Shown piece by piece: positions 37,167-39,966 of a stretch of 39,966 nucleotides of DNA. The position numbers and the translations under genes were made by a program. The notes under the pieces were generated by a model. It worked only from the letters and a program-made list of their open reading frames with translations, was not told where the DNA came from and ran no database searches. Within the stretch, counting starts at the first letter, position 1. The number at the start of each line of letters is the position of its first letter. Source of the stretch: Amoebidium appalachense (lineage: Eukaryota; Protista; Ichthyosporea); contig CAVNZM010000039.1 of assembly GCA_963693365.1 (NCBI GenBank), positions 1 to 39,966 of the forward strand. The letters are read 5' to 3'.

Positions 37167-38465
37167 ATGTCTGACCTTAGCTCTCGAGACTACGACTTGG
37201 GGGTTGATCACACTGCAATCGAGGCGGCCCTTGCCATTCCTAGGAATGTCAAAAACCTCGTGCGCGTTGCTGGGTTCGGGTGTGTTGTCCGTGATCTGAT
37301 GGTAACTTTTGCCGACCACACCCAAGACGAGGGGCTCAAGAAAATTGTTTCTGCCATCAAGTGTATGTTACCTGAAGGGATGCAGCATTACCCGAGGGGT
37401 TTCACTTTACAAGACGAAGAGAGTCTGACGGCCGCCATCATATCTTACTGTGAGAGTAGCAACCGCAACGCCACAATCGCTCGGAATGCCGAGTCGCGTG
37501 CACGTGTCGGTGATCTTGCCCAGTCTACACCCGTGGCCCAACCTCAAGATGTCGCCCCGATCGCCCCACGTCAAGATGCCACCCCAATTGCCCCGCATCA
37601 AGATGTCGGCCAGCCACGGGACATCGAGATGGCTGAGCAAGACCCAGATGATACTAAGATGGGCGATCATGATTCGGAAAGCAGCTCCAGCAAAGGGCCT
37701 GATACCAGATCGTCGTCATCTTCATCTTCATTTGATGACGATGACAACGATGACAAGGGGGGTGACGATGACAACGACGACAAGGGGGATGATTACGATG
37801 AAAAGGGGACTATCAGTCTCGGAGAGTTCTACGGTCTTGTGCTTAAGAATAATTGTGAGCTCCAGGACAAAGGGGGTATCGGTGTGTCGGTCTCGCGGTT
37901 TGATATGTTCGATAAACTGGGCAATCCGATCTTTGTCGAGTCACGTGTGCCCCTCCCGAGTTTCGACGAGCCCCGCCATCGAATCCCCGAGCCCCCACCC
38001 GCTCCGATCGAGATTCTCTCTGACGATGACACCACTCAAGATCGTCCGCCTGTCGCCCAGCCCATCTTCTCGAGTGGGATCAGTAAGACCGTTCACCGCA
38101 AGTTGGTGATTCCATCGAAGGGCAAGAGCCCCCCCGGGACTGCCGAGGCACTTCGGAAGATTGCGAATGCCGGTGTTCAAAAGCCCCCCAAGCCCCAGAA
38201 GCCCCAGAAGCCCCAGAAGCCCCAGAAGCCCCAGAAGCCCAAGAAGTCTAAGTCGGCTCCGGCGCCCCGATCGCCCGCACCCAATGATATTGCCGAGTGT
38301 GATAACCCAGAGAGTAGAAAACGTGCATTTTCTGAATATATGAATACTTGCAAGAATATTTGTAAACTGGCAAAGATTAATATATTGACAGAGGAGCAGG
38401 CTAGACAGGCTAAAATTGCGGCCTGGCAGAAGAAAGCCGAAGACGAGTTAAAGCCTGATGAATAG
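37167..38465 (+). CDS. Hypothetical protein (432 aa) with Ser/Asp-rich tract and (KPQ)n repeat
   Basis: Intronless ATG ORF, TATA-like ctataag at ~37071, acidic middle, basic KPQ x5 tail. Confidence 0.75.
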   Translation: MSDLSSRDYDLGVDHTAIEAALAIPRNVKNLVRVAGFGCVVRDLMVTFADHTQDEGLKKIVSAIKCMLPEGMQHYPRGFTLQDEESLTAAIISYCESSNRNATIARNAESRARVGDLAQSTPVAQPQDVAPIAPRQDATPIAPHQDVGQPRDIEMAEQDPDDTKMGDHDSESSSSKGPDTRSSSSSSSFDDDDNDDKGGDDDNDDKGDDYDEKGTISLGEFYGLVLKNNCELQDKGGIGVSVSRFDMFDKLGNPIFVESRVPLPSFDEPRHRIPEPPPAPIEILSDDDTTQDRPPVAQPIFSSGISKTVHRKLVIPSKGKSPPGTAEALRKIANAGVQKPPKPQKPQKPQKPQKPQKPKKSKSAPAPRSPAPNDIAECDNPESRKRAFSEYMNTCKNICKLAKINILTEEQARQAKIAAWQKKAEDELKPDE

Positions 38466-39063
38466 TTTTTGTGTTGCTTAACGATGGTATTACTCGATGT
38501 AAATATTATCATTATTACCCAAATGTAAATCTTATCGTTAGTATCAATGTGTGTTTTTAGTCTTACCTGTAGATCTATGTGTTCTTTAGTCTTACCTGTA
38601 GATCTATCCGTATCACGATGTGTCGATGTATGTGTTCTTTAGTCTTAACAATAGATTCGGATTCTGTCAGTATGCGTATGTGTTTCTGTGCTTGTTTCTT
38701 ATATCGACTTGGTTTAATATATATATATATGTGTGTGTAAATAGTTCCGTTGTGTTGTTACTCGATACGTTTGGCGTTTTATTTATTTTTAAATAAAGAA
38801 GCACCCCCCCCCCCCCCCCCCCCCCCCCGGGCCCGCGAGGCCTGCGAGGCTCACGTGCACGCCTGCCCCCCCCTGCCTCGCCTGCCCCCCCCCTGCCTCG
38901 CCTGCCCCCCTGCCTCGCCCTGCCCCCCCCCCCCCCTGCCTCACGTGCACGCCTGCCTCGCCTGCCCCCCCCCTGCCTCGCCTGCCCCCCCCCCCCCTGC
39001 CTCACGTGCACGCCTGCCTCACGTGCACGCCTGCCCCCTGCCCCTGCCCCTGCCCCTGCCGTT

Positions 39064-39397
39064 AGACTCAGACTTTTCTCTCCCTCTCTCTCGTGTAGAC
39101 TCAGACTTTTCTCTCCCTCTCTCTCGTGTAGACTCAGACTTTTCTCTCCCTCTCTCTCGTGTAGACTCAGACTTTTCTCTCCCTCTCTCTCGTGTAGACT
39201 CAGACTTTTCTCTCCCTCTCTCTCGTGTAGACTTAGACTTTTCTCTCCCTCTCTCTCGTGTAGACTTAGACTTTTCTCTCCCTCTCTCTCGTGTAGACTT
39301 AGACTTTTCTCTCCCTCTCTCTCGTGTAGACTTAGACTTTTCTCTCCCTCTCTCTCGTGTAGACTTAGACTTTTCTCTCTCTCTCTCTCTCTCTCTC
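39064..39397. repeat. 33-bp minisatellite, about 10 copies
   Basis: agact(c/t)agacttttctctccctctctctcgtgt; five C-variant copies then five T-variant copies (last one partial). Confidence 0.95.
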
Positions 39398-39447
39398 CAC
39401 CGGCGGGGCTGGGCGTGGCTGGGCGGGGCGGCGAGGCCTGGCAGCCC

Positions 39448-39537
39448 CGTGTGCCTCGTGTGCCTCGTGTGCCTCGTGTGCCTCGTGTGCCTCGTGTGCC
39501 TCGTGTGCCTCGTGTGCCTCGTGTGCCTCGTGTGCCT
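39448..39537. repeat. 9-bp tandem repeat (cgtgtgcct) x10
   Basis: Directly visible; translates as (PRV)10. Confidence 0.95.
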
Positions 39538-39966
39538 GGCATGGCCCCGTTCCCCGTTCCCCGTTCTTTGTTGTCATTGGCCACTTACCCACTTAGAAGT
39601 GGGAAATGCGGCATTGTTTGTTTATCTCTCTTTTTTTTACTTCTTTGATTTTAAGTGGGAAAAGTGGGAAGTGGGAAATGGGATCGGGAGGTGGTTTGGT
39701 GATGGATCTCAGTCACCTGGTCACGTGACCACTTCAATCGGATCGGGAGGTTGGTGATGGATCTCAAAGTTACCAGGTCACGTGACTAGTCCAATGTAGA
39801 CCACAACAATCCACGTTATTGGGAATTCGAATCGCATACCTAATTTTTATTCGATCGCGAATCTGATTGGCTAATTCTAGGTGCGGTATCCGTCTTATTG
39901 GGATTGAATTCCATCTTAAAATCCTTGTTCCCTCCTACCCACAAAAGGAAAGTGATCGTGCTATTA

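Noticed and set aside
38667-39757. 305-aa and 335-aa ORFs on both strands
   Set aside because: They are open only because the 33-bp and 9-bp repeats lack stop codons; no evidence of coding.

Overview
Eukaryotic DNA (spliceosomal introns, microsatellites, long G/C homopolymers) made of three mobile layers. (1) 198-5646: a complete, apparently young tyrosine-recombinase retrotransposon (DIRS order, Ngaro-like) with gag, RT-RNaseH, YR and split direct repeats A1...B1-A2...B2. (2) About 6.2-31.1 kb: two large head-to-head, intron-rich genes that I assembled by hand. The minus-strand gene is a ~1,350-aa protein with a ParB/DGQHR-like domain and a beta-class N6/N4 DNA-methyltransferase fold. The plus-strand gene is a ~1,050-aa Sola1-like DDD transposase. 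The last intron of each gene carries an array of the same palindrome, TCCTAG-N6-CTAGGA (25-26 bp period), 40-50 bp upstream of the acceptor of a terminal exon that is essential for catalysis. The motif recurs in the shared promoter region. This module is the best candidate for an undescribed system. (3) About 31.3-39.97 kb: compact intronless ORFs, one resembling the giant-virus DUF5760 family, plus CCAAT/GC-box tandem arrays and composite minisatellites, suggesting an endogenous large DNA virus segment. All family calls come from motif recognition by eye; no searches were run.
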